Source of the DNA: a virus
Length of the DNA stretch: 64,000 bases
Virus record (IMG/VR): IMGVR_UViG_3300021420_000014
Reading direction: 5' to 3' (one strand)
Part shown: piece by piece, positions 1-8,498 of the stretch
How positions within the stretch are numbered: position 1 is the first letter of the stretch
How the letters are laid out: the number at the start of each line of letters is the position of its first letter
Translations under genes and position numbers: made by a program
Notes under the pieces: model-generated
Databases searched by the model: none
What the model was told of the DNA's origin: nothing
What the model saw: only the letters and a program-made list of their open reading frames with translations

Positions 1-22
1 AAGAGGACGGGGGGGGGGAAAA

Positions 23-295
23 GTGAGCAAATTAGACGCGAAGTTTGAAGGTGAAATTCGCAAGGTAAAGGATGGCTCTATCGTTCCCGATGATGAATAT
101 GTCGTGTTCTTGGCGAAGGACAATGCTTTCGCCGCGATCCTCCCTAGATACTTGGACAAATGTGTTGAGCTTGGTTGCGATGCTGAGCAGATAGCCGCAG
201 TGCAGCGAATGATAGACCGTCTCTACGATTGGCGGTCAACACATCTCGACAAACTAAAAAATCCCGATGCCGCTGGCGAAAGACTGCTCGCGTGA
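23..295 (+). CDS. hypothetical phage protein (DE-x-x-F-L-x-(K/R)D family; paralog of 2499 and 24342)
   Basis: ORF with VPDDEYVVFLAKDNAF motif shared with two other ORFs in the window. Confidence 0.65.
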   Translation: MSKLDAKFEGEIRKVKDGSIVPDDEYVVFLAKDNAFAAILPRYLDKCVELGCDAEQIAAVQRMIDRLYDWRSTHLDKLKNPDAAGERLLA

Positions 296-332
296 GGGCC
301 GCGCCCAATCCCGACGAAGCAGACGGGGATAA

Positions 333-572
333 ATGAGCCGCAAAATAAGCGTTCCGCCGCTACTGACTGTTCGGAAGCGCGGTGGCGAAATCGAGTTTTG
401 TCGCACGGAGTTCGGCCAATTCTTCTACGATCTCGTGCTGAGCAAGAAGAGCGAGAAATATCTCGCACGCAAATGGCGCAAACCAATAAAGGAAATACGT
501 GTGTTACGGCGCGTAGGACGAAAAGCCCTGCAAGCAAAATCTCCCGCGCAGAATGAGTCGAAAGCGAGGTGA
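333..572 (+). CDS. hypothetical basic protein
   Basis: ORF in co-directional gene run. Confidence 0.45.
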   Translation: MSRKISVPPLLTVRKRGGEIEFCRTEFGQFFYDLVLSKKSEKYLARKWRKPIKEIRVLRRVGRKALQAKSPAQNESKAR

Positions 573-613
573 TGCCACTTGGCCGGAGGAGCGATCTATC
601 CTGGCGGTAAGTT

Positions 614-820
614 ATGACGGGGGAGCACCGAGCCGCGAACGAGTGCAGGACACCGAAAGGAGTTAGCGAAGTGAGGCTCACTAAATGCAGCTGCCCGCTC
701 TATTGTAAATACTGCGGAGCCAAACTGCGGCGGGACTCTTGCGGTCATTATTGCCCTACTCGAAATTGCCAATGGCAACACGGAGTTTCTGATTGTACGG
801 CGAGAGAAAAAAGGAGTTAG
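614..820 (+). CDS. small Cys-rich hypothetical protein
   Basis: CxxC motifs; start uncertain. Confidence 0.35.
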   Translation: MTGEHRAANECRTPKGVSEVRLTKCSCPLYCKYCGAKLRRDSCGHYCPTRNCQWQHGVSDCTAREKRS

Positions 821-824
821 CGAA

Positions 825-1175
825 GTGAGCGAGCCATTTAGCCGCAGCTTACAAAAGCGGATTGAAGCGCAGACGGGAGAGAAGATTTTTACAAAGCGCG
901 ACCTCGACCTCGCGGTGCTGGAGGCGAGGATTGCGGCGTATGACGATTGCGCGAGGCATCGCTGTCCACATTGCAGAGGGGGCCATAAACCCAAATGGCT
1001 AGGGGATCGCGTAGAGGAAAATAAGTTCTTTGCTCAAGGAATGTTTCATCAATTTACAAGCGGCGACCAGTTATGTCACGCACAGCACGAAAGATTCCAA
1101 TGGGCCGATCTCCAGAAGCAGAAGGCGGAAGGCAGATCTCCTGTTCGGCCACCAAATGAGTTAATCAAAAAATGA
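825..1175 (+). CDS. hypothetical protein
   Basis: AAGGAG RBS, GTG start, overlaps next start. Confidence 0.5.
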   Translation: MSEPFSRSLQKRIEAQTGEKIFTKRDLDLAVLEARIAAYDDCARHRCPHCRGGHKPKWLGDRVEENKFFAQGMFHQFTSGDQLCHAQHERFQWADLQKQKAEGRSPVRPPNELIKK

Positions 1176-1852
1176 CGCACGCCGAACTTGTTGCGCGAGC
1201 CGTAAAGTGGCTGTCAGGCACGATGCGATGTAATCCAGTTTATGCTGGGCTCGCTTCTTGCGGTGAGATTCCAGACGCCATCGGCTGGACCAGCAAGTAT
1301 TCGCACTACGGCTCGATCGTGGTTGAGTGCAAGACGTCGCGCGCAGACTTTGTGGCCGACAAACGAAAATACTTCATCTGGAAATATCCAGAGAGCCGTA
1401 CTGAAGCGAAGTATGGCATTCGCTACTCTGTGAATCGACTTACCGAGAAAGAAGCCGGTGACCGCGGCATGGTGAAGGCCGAACTAAGCCGCATGGGCAA
1501 TCGCCGGTATTTTATGTGCGAGCCCATGGTGCTTACCGTACCCATGCTTGCCCTGAATTTATCCGATCATGGCTTGCTTTGGGTCGAAGGCCGGCGAGTT
1601 CGAATCATTTCTGATGCGCCAGAGCGCGAACGCGATAAAGTCAACCTTGAGTCGGAGATTCATTATCTACGTATGGCCATCTGCAACCTGCATGAATCTT
1701 TGGCACCGCCAAGCCAATATGCGCTGATGAAAGATGAGATCAAACGGCGCGAGCAACATAACCGCAAGGTTCATAAGGCCGAAAAAGAAGCGGAAAAAGC
1801 TGTGGCCAAAATGGCAGCAACTATCATTGCGCCATATTATCCGGAGGCTTGA
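1172..1852 (+). CDS. PD-(D/E)xK nuclease-like protein (MmcB-like)
   Basis: EIPDAIGW...VVECKTSRADF motif. Confidence 0.65.
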   Translation: MTHAELVARAVKWLSGTMRCNPVYAGLASCGEIPDAIGWTSKYSHYGSIVVECKTSRADFVADKRKYFIWKYPESRTEAKYGIRYSVNRLTEKEAGDRGMVKAELSRMGNRRYFMCEPMVLTVPMLALNLSDHGLLWVEGRRVRIISDAPERERDKVNLESEIHYLRMAICNLHESLAPPSQYALMKDEIKRREQHNRKVHKAEKEAEKAVAKMAATIIAPYYPEA

Positions 1853-2292
1853 TGCATGCTATATCTTTGACCCAACCCTGGGCTTCTGCTATTGCGCTTG
1901 GCTTGAAGAATTGGGAGACCCGCAGTTGGCATACCAACTACCGTGGGCCGCTTGCCATTCATGCCGCCAAAGGGTTCCCGCGTTGGGCAAAAGACTTCGC
2001 GCGTGAAGAGAACTTTATGCTCAGGCTACCCAAGGTTGAGGAATTGCCGCTTGGCGCAATTGTGTGCGTGTGCGAATTAACCGATTGCCGGCCGACGCAA
2101 AGCGTATCTCTTGAGATTGGCGATCTAGAACGCAAGTATGGCGACTATCACGAAGGGCGATACGCCTACAAACTTGAAAACGTGCGGCCACTCGCTGAAT
2201 CTTGTCCGTGTGTTGGGTCGCGGCGGTTCTGGCCGGTGAACATGGAGTTGTGGATGGCGATCCGCGAGTGCATGCCCGGGCGCAAGTTATGA
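1852..2292 (+). CDS. ASCH domain protein
   Basis: SLTQPWASAIALGLKNWETRSW..YRGPLAIHA signature. Confidence 0.88.
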   Translation: MHAISLTQPWASAIALGLKNWETRSWHTNYRGPLAIHAAKGFPRWAKDFAREENFMLRLPKVEELPLGAIVCVCELTDCRPTQSVSLEIGDLERKYGDYHEGRYAYKLENVRPLAESCPCVGSRRFWPVNMELWMAIRECMPGRKL

Positions 2293-2492
2293 ACGCTGAA
2301 CGTTGTTCGATTTGCCGCAGCAAAAAGCACGCGGCCGCGGATTGCCCATCACGCTGCGGCCACTGCAATAAGAAAGCCTACCGGAGATGCTTGTTGTGCG
2401 GGACGTTCCTGTGTCTGATTGGTTCGGAAGAGCATACATGCTCGGCTAAATGGCCGCCACCCGGTGCGGCCCAAAGAGCAAATGCTCGATAG
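2289..2492 (+). CDS. small Zn-finger protein
   Basis: multiple CxxC/H motifs, ATGA coupling. Confidence 0.45.
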   Translation: MNAERCSICRSKKHAAADCPSRCGHCNKKAYRRCLLCGTFLCLIGSEEHTCSAKWPPPGAAQRANAR

Positions 2493-2498
2493 GAGAAC

Positions 2499-2714
2499 AT
2501 GCGAAAAAATGAAGAACTGAATAACCCAGATAGCTGCACCAATCGTGCCCACAATGACGAGATGCTATTCGTGCTCATGGGCAGAGATCTGGCCTCGCCC
2601 GCCACGATACGTTTTTGGGTGACAGAACGCATTCGTTTAGGTAAGAATGCTGCCGGCGATCAGACCAGGAACGCACTTGAAATCGCAAACAGGATGGAAA
2701 GGAGTGATCTGTGA
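2499..2714 (+). CDS. hypothetical protein (paralog family of 23 and 24342)
   Basis: AGGAG RBS; DEMLFVLMGRD motif. Confidence 0.65.
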   Translation: MRKNEELNNPDSCTNRAHNDEMLFVLMGRDLASPATIRFWVTERIRLGKNAAGDQTRNALEIANRMERSDL

Positions 2715-3166
2715 ATTTCAATCTCAATAGTTCGAATGGTTTGGACGAAACAGTTTTCTTTCCTGTTCCCTCGGCTGGCTCAAGCGCGAACCTCTCTTGG
2801 CCTTTTGACGCCACCGCTGGCGGATCGAGCGTCACAATTCCGATTACCACAACAGTCCCTGTAGGTAACGGCATTATCGTTAATCCACAACCCAGTCTCG
2901 GTCCCAGAATGTGCGAGCCCGACCTGCCGTTTCGCGAGATTAATCGGCTACTTGAAAACGGGATGATCAGCAGAAACGAAGTGCGCAGATTGCTCGGACT
3001 CGAGCCACAGCCGGATGTAGCGGATGTGTCGGATGCCCGAGAGACGAGCGAGCGTAGACTGCAAGAATGGGTCGATGCCTTTAGCCGCGATCACCGACGC
3101 GAAAAACCACCGAAAAAAGAACCTATGTTTGAAGCCAAGCCGAAACGGATCATCTACTTTGAATAA
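2711..3166 (+). CDS. hypothetical protein
   Basis: coupled ORF with GMISRNEVRRLLGL motif resembling portal C-termini. Confidence 0.5.
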   Translation: MNFNLNSSNGLDETVFFPVPSAGSSANLSWPFDATAGGSSVTIPITTTVPVGNGIIVNPQPSLGPRMCEPDLPFREINRLLENGMISRNEVRRLLGLEPQPDVADVSDARETSERRLQEWVDAFSRDHRREKPPKKEPMFEAKPKRIIYFE

Positions 3167-3680
3167 TATTCAACCTATCGTACAGTATGGCAATCGATTG
3201 CTCGAATCGCCGGTTGCCTCAGTCGTAAAATTTAATCTCGATCTCGCCACGCTATGCGATCAAATGTTTGTCACTATGTATGCGAATCATGGTGTTGGTC
3301 TTGCCGCACCGCAGGTTGGCATCAACTTGCGCCTAGCTATCATCGATATCTCGACCAGCCACGCCCTTGCCGATCACATCATTCTCGTCAATCCAGAGCT
3401 GGTAGCGATTAGCGGTGAAGAAGTAAATGAGCCGGAAGGCTGCTTGTCTTTACCTGGAGTGCGTGCGAATGTCAAACGTCCGCAGAGCGTAACGGTCAAA
3501 GCGCAGAACATCACGGGAGACACTTTTGAGATTGCTGGCGACGGATTGCTGGCTCGAGCCTTGTGCCATGAGATTGATCACCTAAACGGCATTTTATTTC
3601 TCCGCCATCTCGGCCGATTGCGACGCGAGCTCATTCTCAAACATTTGCGCAAAACGCGAAGACCTGCAGCGTTTCACTAA
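3159..3680 (+). CDS. def: peptide deformylase
   Basis: GVGLAAPQVG, EGCLSLP, HEIDHLNG motifs; TTG start inferred. Confidence 0.92.
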   Translation: MNNIQPIVQYGNRLLESPVASVVKFNLDLATLCDQMFVTMYANHGVGLAAPQVGINLRLAIIDISTSHALADHIILVNPELVAISGEEVNEPEGCLSLPGVRANVKRPQSVTVKAQNITGDTFEIAGDGLLARALCHEIDHLNGILFLRHLGRLRRELILKHLRKTRRPAAFH

Positions 3681-3732
3681 TGTGAACATCGCCGCACGGT
3701 TTAACGGCACTATCTGAGATGAAGGCGAATCT

Positions 3733-4107
3733 ATGAATCGCACCTTACGAGCTGTGCAAGCTGTCGAAACCCCAGGCGATAAAGAGCCGCTAGTTCTAAG
3801 AACGCGCCCATGTCCAAAATGCGGCCAAGTCGCCGTTTTGCTGAATCGCATAGGCTCGGGACCGCATCAGTGGGGCTGCGGTCATTGCGGTTGGACGGAA
3901 ACCACCGCAAGAGAATTGACGCCGCGGGAAATAGAGATCACGAAATTACTCTGTGAAGGGCTTACCTGTAAAGAGTTGTCCGCATCTTTAGGATGCTCGG
4001 TAAAAACGATTGAGACGCATCGCGCCAATATCATGCATAAATTAAAACTTCACAATATCGTCGGGCTTTTACGATTGGCAGTAAAGAATCGGTTGATCAA
4101 TCTGTAA
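3733..4107 (+). CDS. Zn-ribbon + LuxR-type HTH regulator
   Basis: CPKC..CGHC then LTPREIEI..SVKTIETHRANIMHKL. Confidence 0.85.
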   Translation: MNRTLRAVQAVETPGDKEPLVLRTRPCPKCGQVAVLLNRIGSGPHQWGCGHCGWTETTARELTPREIEITKLLCEGLTCKELSASLGCSVKTIETHRANIMHKLKLHNIVGLLRLAVKNRLINL

Positions 4108-4122
4108 AAATATCCTTGTCCG

Positions 4123-4147
4123 TGTTGTTTTTTTGATCTAGGCTCCT
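4123..4147 (+). promoter_or_regulatory. putative late-promoter motif TGTTG..TTTTTGATCTAGGCTCCT
   Basis: shares TTTTTTGATCTAGGCTCCT with 37706-37724. Confidence 0.45.
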
Positions 4148-4152
4148 TTCGG

Positions 4153-4335
4153 TTGAGAAACCTCGTCCAACTCGAGCACGGACGTGCCTGGGGCTGCTCG
4201 GACTGCGCATGGGAGTTCATTCCCGAGGACGGACCGCCGCGCGGTGATTCACTCGAAGAGATGAAAGCGAATTATCTGCGGCAGCGGGATAGGGAATTCG
4301 CGGAGCATAAATGCAAGGAGCACCCAAAAACGTAA
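4153..4335 (+). CDS. small Cys/His protein
   Basis: WGCSDCAWEF...FAEHKCKEHP; resembles small proteins I recall from Acidobacteria. Confidence 0.6.
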   Translation: MRNLVQLEHGRAWGCSDCAWEFIPEDGPPRGDSLEEMKANYLRQRDREFAEHKCKEHPKT

Positions 4336-4883
4336 TGGAACGCGAGCCGCAGAACGGCAGGACGCATGAGCCGGATCTCCGCGAGGTGGTCGCGGACCTT
4401 GACGGTCTAAGGGAATTGCTAGACGAGAAGAGTGCGAATCTGTTGCGGGTAATGGACGAGCGTGATACTCGCTACGAGCAACGATTTACGGCGATGGATG
4501 AGAAGACCAGTCTCGCACTAACCGCTAGCGAAAAGGCAGTCACTAAAGCGGAGACCGCTACTGAAAAGCGTTTCGATGCAGTGAACGAATTCCGCGGCAG
4601 CTTGAAGGACCAGGCGGATACCCTCTACCCGCGCACCGAAGCTGAAACAAAGTTCCGGTCCTACGACGAAAAAATGGACGACATGAAGAAAGAGATCTCG
4701 GCGCTGCGCGAGTACAAGAGCGAATCCACCGGCAAGGCTGTCGTGAGTGAAAAGAATTATGACGTGGAACGCCTGCAAAAAAGCACGAACATCGCGACCA
4801 CGATTGCCGCAGTAGCGGCAGTGGCCTCGGTGTGTGGAGTCATTATCGCGCTCATTGTCTTACTGCTGAGAGCTCATGGATAG
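4335..4883 (+). CDS. coiled-coil protein with C-terminal TM helix (possible lysis accessory)
   Basis: AAGGAG RBS, heptad-rich body, hydrophobic C-terminus. Confidence 0.6.
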   Translation: MEREPQNGRTHEPDLREVVADLDGLRELLDEKSANLLRVMDERDTRYEQRFTAMDEKTSLALTASEKAVTKAETATEKRFDAVNEFRGSLKDQADTLYPRTEAETKFRSYDEKMDDMKKEISALREYKSESTGKAVVSEKNYDVERLQKSTNIATTIAAVAAVASVCGVIIALIVLLLRAHG

Positions 4884-4891
4884 GAGGAACC

Positions 4892-4933
4892 ATGCCACTT
4901 ATCAACGTGATCGTCATCCTGATCGGAGCCTAG
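4892..4933 (+). pseudogene. truncated 5' copy of the 5640 membrane protein gene
   Basis: AGGAGG RBS then MPLINVIVILIGA* vs MPLINIVIVLIVIG at 5640. Confidence 0.6.
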
Positions 4934-4938
4934 CCATC

Positions 4939-5649
4939 GTGATAGTGGTCTACTGTGTGTCCAATACTCACAACGGCAAGTGCTACATCGGCCAGACTTC
5001 GCAACCATTGATGACGAGATGGAACCATCATCTCTGGAACGCTGAGAAAGGTAAGGACACACGCTTTTACAGAGCCATTCGCAAATATGGCCGTGACACC
5101 TTTAGCATAGTCCAGTTACGTCAATGCGAATCTCGCCACGAATCAGACACCTTCGAAAAATATTTCATCTACTTCTTCAACAGTTATGATTTTGCTTACG
5201 GATACAACGGAACACTCGGAGGAGATGGCGGCGTACCGACCGAGGAGACAAGGGCCAAGATATCGCGCGCGAAGAAGGGAAAGAAGTTGTCGCCGCAGCG
5301 CATAGCGCAAATGAGCCTTAGTCGAATTGGAAAGAAGCACTCTGCTGAAACTCGCATAAAAATTGCTGAAGGCCAAAGGAAGCCGGACGTTGTAGCTAAG
5401 AAACATCTCGCACTCTCAGGCAAGCCCAAAACAGCGGAACATCGCAGGAATATAGGCAAAGCTTTGAAAGGACGTATAATTTCCGCCGAAGCTCGCGAGA
5501 AGTTACGGCTTGCCAATACAGGGAAGAAACAATCTGCGGAGTCGCGTGCGAAGATGTCTTTGGCTCACACAGGAATGAAAGAATCACAAGAAACCAAAAA
5601 CAAAAAATCAATAGCTGCCCAAAAAGTGGAGGCGCGAACATGCCGCTGA
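4939..5649 (+). CDS. GIY-YIG homing endonuclease with NUMOD3 repeats
   Basis: VVYCVSNTHNGKCYIGQT, GYNGTLGG, repeated HSAETRxKIS. Confidence 0.88.
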   Translation: MIVVYCVSNTHNGKCYIGQTSQPLMTRWNHHLWNAEKGKDTRFYRAIRKYGRDTFSIVQLRQCESRHESDTFEKYFIYFFNSYDFAYGYNGTLGGDGGVPTEETRAKISRAKKGKKLSPQRIAQMSLSRIGKKHSAETRIKIAEGQRKPDVVAKKHLALSGKPKTAEHRRNIGKALKGRIISAEAREKLRLANTGKKQSAESRAKMSLAHTGMKESQETKNKKSIAAQKVEARTCR

Positions 5650-5843
5650 TAAACATAGTCATAGTTCTGATTGTGATCGGAGTCCTACTTTATTTAGTTA
5701 ACACTTTTATCCCGATGGATGGGCGCATTAAGAACATTCTCAATGTGGTAATCATCATCGCTGTAGTCATCTGGCTGCTAAGCATATTTTTAGGCGGCGA
5801 TTGGGGATCGCTTGGCGGAATCAGAGTTGGACACCATCGATGA
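5640..5843 (+). CDS. small two-TM membrane protein (Thivi_2564-like)
   Basis: LIVIGVLLYLVNTFIPMDGRIKNILNVV pattern. Confidence 0.75.
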   Translation: MPLINIVIVLIVIGVLLYLVNTFIPMDGRIKNILNVVIIIAVVIWLLSIFLGGDWGSLGGIRVGHHR

Positions 5844-6283
5844 GTGTTGACTTTACATGGATAACGGAACGGCTCGCGACGGGAGCCCAAATAACTTCGA
5901 AGGACGACATCACGACACTCATTCAGGCTGGCATCACTCATATCATTGACATGCGTGCCGAGTATAACGACGGAATCCTTGATGATGCACGAGTCATACT
6001 CTTATGGCTTCCGCAGCAAGACGATGGCACGCCGCGGGATCCTACTCAGGTAAGGCTAGGAATAACTTTCGCATTAGGCGTCGCGTTATCGAAGGTCGGC
6101 AATCGCGTGCTCTGTCATTGCGCGGCCGGCATGAACAGGGGCCCATTGCAAACCTTTGCGATTCTCAGAGCTATGGGTCTTCCGCAACAGGAAGCGATTG
6201 ATCGGATCCGCACCAAAAGACCGCAGGTCGACTTCTACAATCATCCAAACTACATCAGCTCGGTGGAAGCTGCATTGGTTTGA
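5840..6283 (+). CDS. dual-specificity protein phosphatase
   Basis: HCAAGMNRG (CX5R) P-loop. Confidence 0.88.
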   Translation: MSVDFTWITERLATGAQITSKDDITTLIQAGITHIIDMRAEYNDGILDDARVILLWLPQQDDGTPRDPTQVRLGITFALGVALSKVGNRVLCHCAAGMNRGPLQTFAILRAMGLPQQEAIDRIRTKRPQVDFYNHPNYISSVEAALV

Positions 6284-6441
6284 GAAAACTAAACAGACAG
6301 GAACGCCGCGAGATCAGCGATCATTTCGCCGAACAGATCATCTGGCGTTGCATTCAGAAGTGGCGTAAAGACGGAGTGCCGCGAAGGTATCAATTGTACA
6401 AATTCAGAATCCTCTGCAGGAAACTCGCCCAACTCACGGTG

Positions 6442-6451
6442 TAAGCGATTA
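6442..6451. promoter_or_regulatory. putative operator variant TAAGCGATTA next to a TGGTATAGT -10
   Basis: 9/10 match to the recurrent motif. Confidence 0.45.
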
Positions 6452-6468
6452 TGGTATAGTCCAGTTCC

Positions 6469-6816
6469 ATGGTCTTCTTCTGGTTAATTCTCGCCTTCCG
6501 CCGCTTCGCCTGGCTGTTTCGTCCTCCCACCGAACGTGATATCGCTCGAATCTATCCGAATGCGCCGTGCCCAATCTGCGGAGCTCGCCAAGGTAAGCTT
6601 CGTTGTGTAGTTCTGCAAGGTCCAGGTCCGCAATCGAAAGAGTTGCCAGAGCGCACCCTCAAAGTTATGGCTCAGCATAGCTGTGAGTGCTGTGGAGGGC
6701 GTTGGTTTGAACAGCCAGTAGTAAACGTTAAAGCCACCGACATTCTGCCCTCAGTTGCTCGCGATCAACTCGAGGAACGCGAAGATAGAGCCCAACTCTT
6801 GCAGGGACAGAAATGA
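6469..6816 (+). CDS. Zn-ribbon hypothetical protein
   Basis: CPIC..CECC, own promoter. Confidence 0.55.
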   Translation: MVFFWLILAFRRFAWLFRPPTERDIARIYPNAPCPICGARQGKLRCVVLQGPGPQSKELPERTLKVMAQHSCECCGGRWFEQPVVNVKATDILPSVARDQLEEREDRAQLLQGQK

Positions 6817-7139
6817 AAATCTCATCACGCTATCGCAAGACGCTTGAAGGTTATCTATTATGGCGTGTAGGCGACTTTTTGCGAGTTCCATTTCTTCTGG
6901 ACCTAAATGGCCCAACCGCAGCCGAGTCCATGATGCTGTGGGAATCGACAGGCAGACCGCTCCCGGTATCGTGTTCTGAGCCAGAGCTTCTCGCCGATTA
7001 TGTACAAGGGAAACGGTCACGAGATTGGCATATCACCGAGTGGCGTGATGGCATCAGCCGCGGATATTATCGGCAAGAGGATTTTTTAGGAACGCTTGGA
7101 GTCCGTACCCGGGCTGACCTTGAAAGCATCTTTGGATGA
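6813..7139 (+). CDS. hypothetical protein
   Basis: ATGA-coupled ORF. Confidence 0.5.
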   Translation: MKISSRYRKTLEGYLLWRVGDFLRVPFLLDLNGPTAAESMMLWESTGRPLPVSCSEPELLADYVQGKRSRDWHITEWRDGISRGYYRQEDFLGTLGVRTRADLESIFG

Positions 7140-7711
7140 TCATCCCATTTCCCAAGGATCCGCCATCGACGCCAGAAGTTGCCAGCGGTCTGCACATCGA
7201 AAAGCATCATCGCCCGGATTCCTGTACACACGAAAATGTAACGATCAATGTTCAGGCAGCCACGCTCAAGTGTGAAGACTGTGGTGCCTATCTTGATGCT
7301 TTTGCTTACATGGTCGAGTGGTCGAGAAAAAAGGAATATTGGCAACGCTGTCAGGAGGAACGCGAGCAGCACCAACTCGATCACGTGCAGGAAACCAAAG
7401 CGGCCGCGCTCGAGGCCTGTGAGTTCTATAAGATCACGCCAGAGGAATACGCGGCTTGGTGGAAACAGAAGCCATGTCGTGAAAAAGCGCGTGAAGAGTT
7501 AAAGGCTCGTTACGATCGCATGGTCGAGCTTCATAGCACGGACGGCTGTACTCCCGAAACGATGTACGTTATCAGCAACAGAAAAGATTGGTTTGAGCTA
7601 TGGTGCTATGTGTGCGGAGGGATGAGCGGGAGAACTTCGCTGCCACCTGAATTCAGCGGAGCATTGATTCATCGCCATCGAGACCGCATCTTCCAAAAAA
7701 TAAAACGCTAA
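7136..7711 (+). CDS. hypothetical Zn-binding protein
   Basis: CTH..CEDC, CYVC motifs; coupled ORF. Confidence 0.55.
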   Translation: MIIPFPKDPPSTPEVASGLHIEKHHRPDSCTHENVTINVQAATLKCEDCGAYLDAFAYMVEWSRKKEYWQRCQEEREQHQLDHVQETKAAALEACEFYKITPEEYAAWWKQKPCREKAREELKARYDRMVELHSTDGCTPETMYVISNRKDWFELWCYVCGGMSGRTSLPPEFSGALIHRHRDRIFQKIKR

Positions 7712-7717
7712 TTCCAT

Positions 7718-7751
7718 TTGACATTTGCGCCGCAGAGTAGTAAACGCTTAC
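7718..7751 (+). promoter_or_regulatory. sigma70-like promoter (TTGACA) with operator GTAAACGCTTAC
   Basis: TTGACA 7718-7723; motif 7741-7750. Confidence 0.65.
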
Positions 7752-7753
7752 GT

Positions 7754-7854
7754 GATGCCGCTTGCCGTAGGATAAACCTCGGGAAGATTGAACTAGGCGG
7801 CTCCAGCGGTTCAATATCGTGGGGAGGACTGGAGCGAAACCACCAAGCGGCGTC
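7754..7854 (+). ncRNA. structured leader RNA with predicted pseudoknot
   Basis: 11-bp closing stem, inner stems, GCTCCAG/CTGGAGC cross-pairing. Confidence 0.5.
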
Positions 7855-7877
7855 TTAATTCAAAAAGGGAGGATCGA

Positions 7878-8102
7878 ATGAGCACTCTAAGCATTATCGA
7901 CTCTACTGGCGATACTCGGATCCAATGGGACAAGAGCAATGCCGATGAAGTGCAGGCGGCAAGGATAGCTTTTGCGGCGCAGAGAGCTAAGGGTTGGCCA
8001 GCTTTCCGCGTCAACAAAGCCGGCGACAAAGGTGAGCAGATCGATGCGTTTGATCCTGCGGCCGAACGAATCATATTCATACCCCAAATGATCGGCGGAT
8101 GA
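7878..8102 (+). CDS. small protein with C-terminal Gly-Gly (candidate ubiquitin-like modifier)
   Basis: 74 aa, GGGAGG RBS, ends IIFIPQMIGG*. Confidence 0.7.
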   Translation: MSTLSIIDSTGDTRIQWDKSNADEVQAARIAFAAQRAKGWPAFRVNKAGDKGEQIDAFDPAAERIIFIPQMIGG

Positions 8103-8497
8103 CCGTGGCTTCCAAGGTTCGCGAAATCTTCGGGAGGAAAAAGTGCATGTGTTTAGATTCAGGGCATTACTCGGTTGATCGAACCACGCTTGTTCAAAGC
8201 GGCTGGAAGGATTTTGGCACCGGCTCTGCCTTGAAGTTCCAAGCCTTCCAGTTAAACGGCAAAAAAGACGTCCCACTCGACAAATGGCTCACTGCCGAAG
8301 GCACGACCGTTTCCGGCAGCAATTATCCGGCTGGCTTCCATATCTATGTCAACGAAACAGAATTTAAGGGCAGTAAATACCGCCGCGTCTATTTTCGCAA
8401 CGCACATACTCATGGCACCCAAGACGGTAAAACGATTTTAGTCGCGCGTGAAATGTTTGTGCCGTCAAACCCTGACGACTGGCCGCCGAAGACCTGA
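8099..8497 (+). CDS. hypothetical protein
   Basis: ATGA-coupled to the GG protein; YPAGFH motif. Confidence 0.6.
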   Translation: MTVASKVREIFGRKKCMCLDSGHYSVDRTTLVQSGWKDFGTGSALKFQAFQLNGKKDVPLDKWLTAEGTTVSGSNYPAGFHIYVNETEFKGSKYRRVYFRNAHTHGTQDGKTILVAREMFVPSNPDDWPPKT

Positions 8498-8498
8498 G

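Noticed and set aside
9-18. G10 homopolymer before the first ORF as a phase-variation switch
   Set aside because: At the window edge with no context; could be a sequencing artefact
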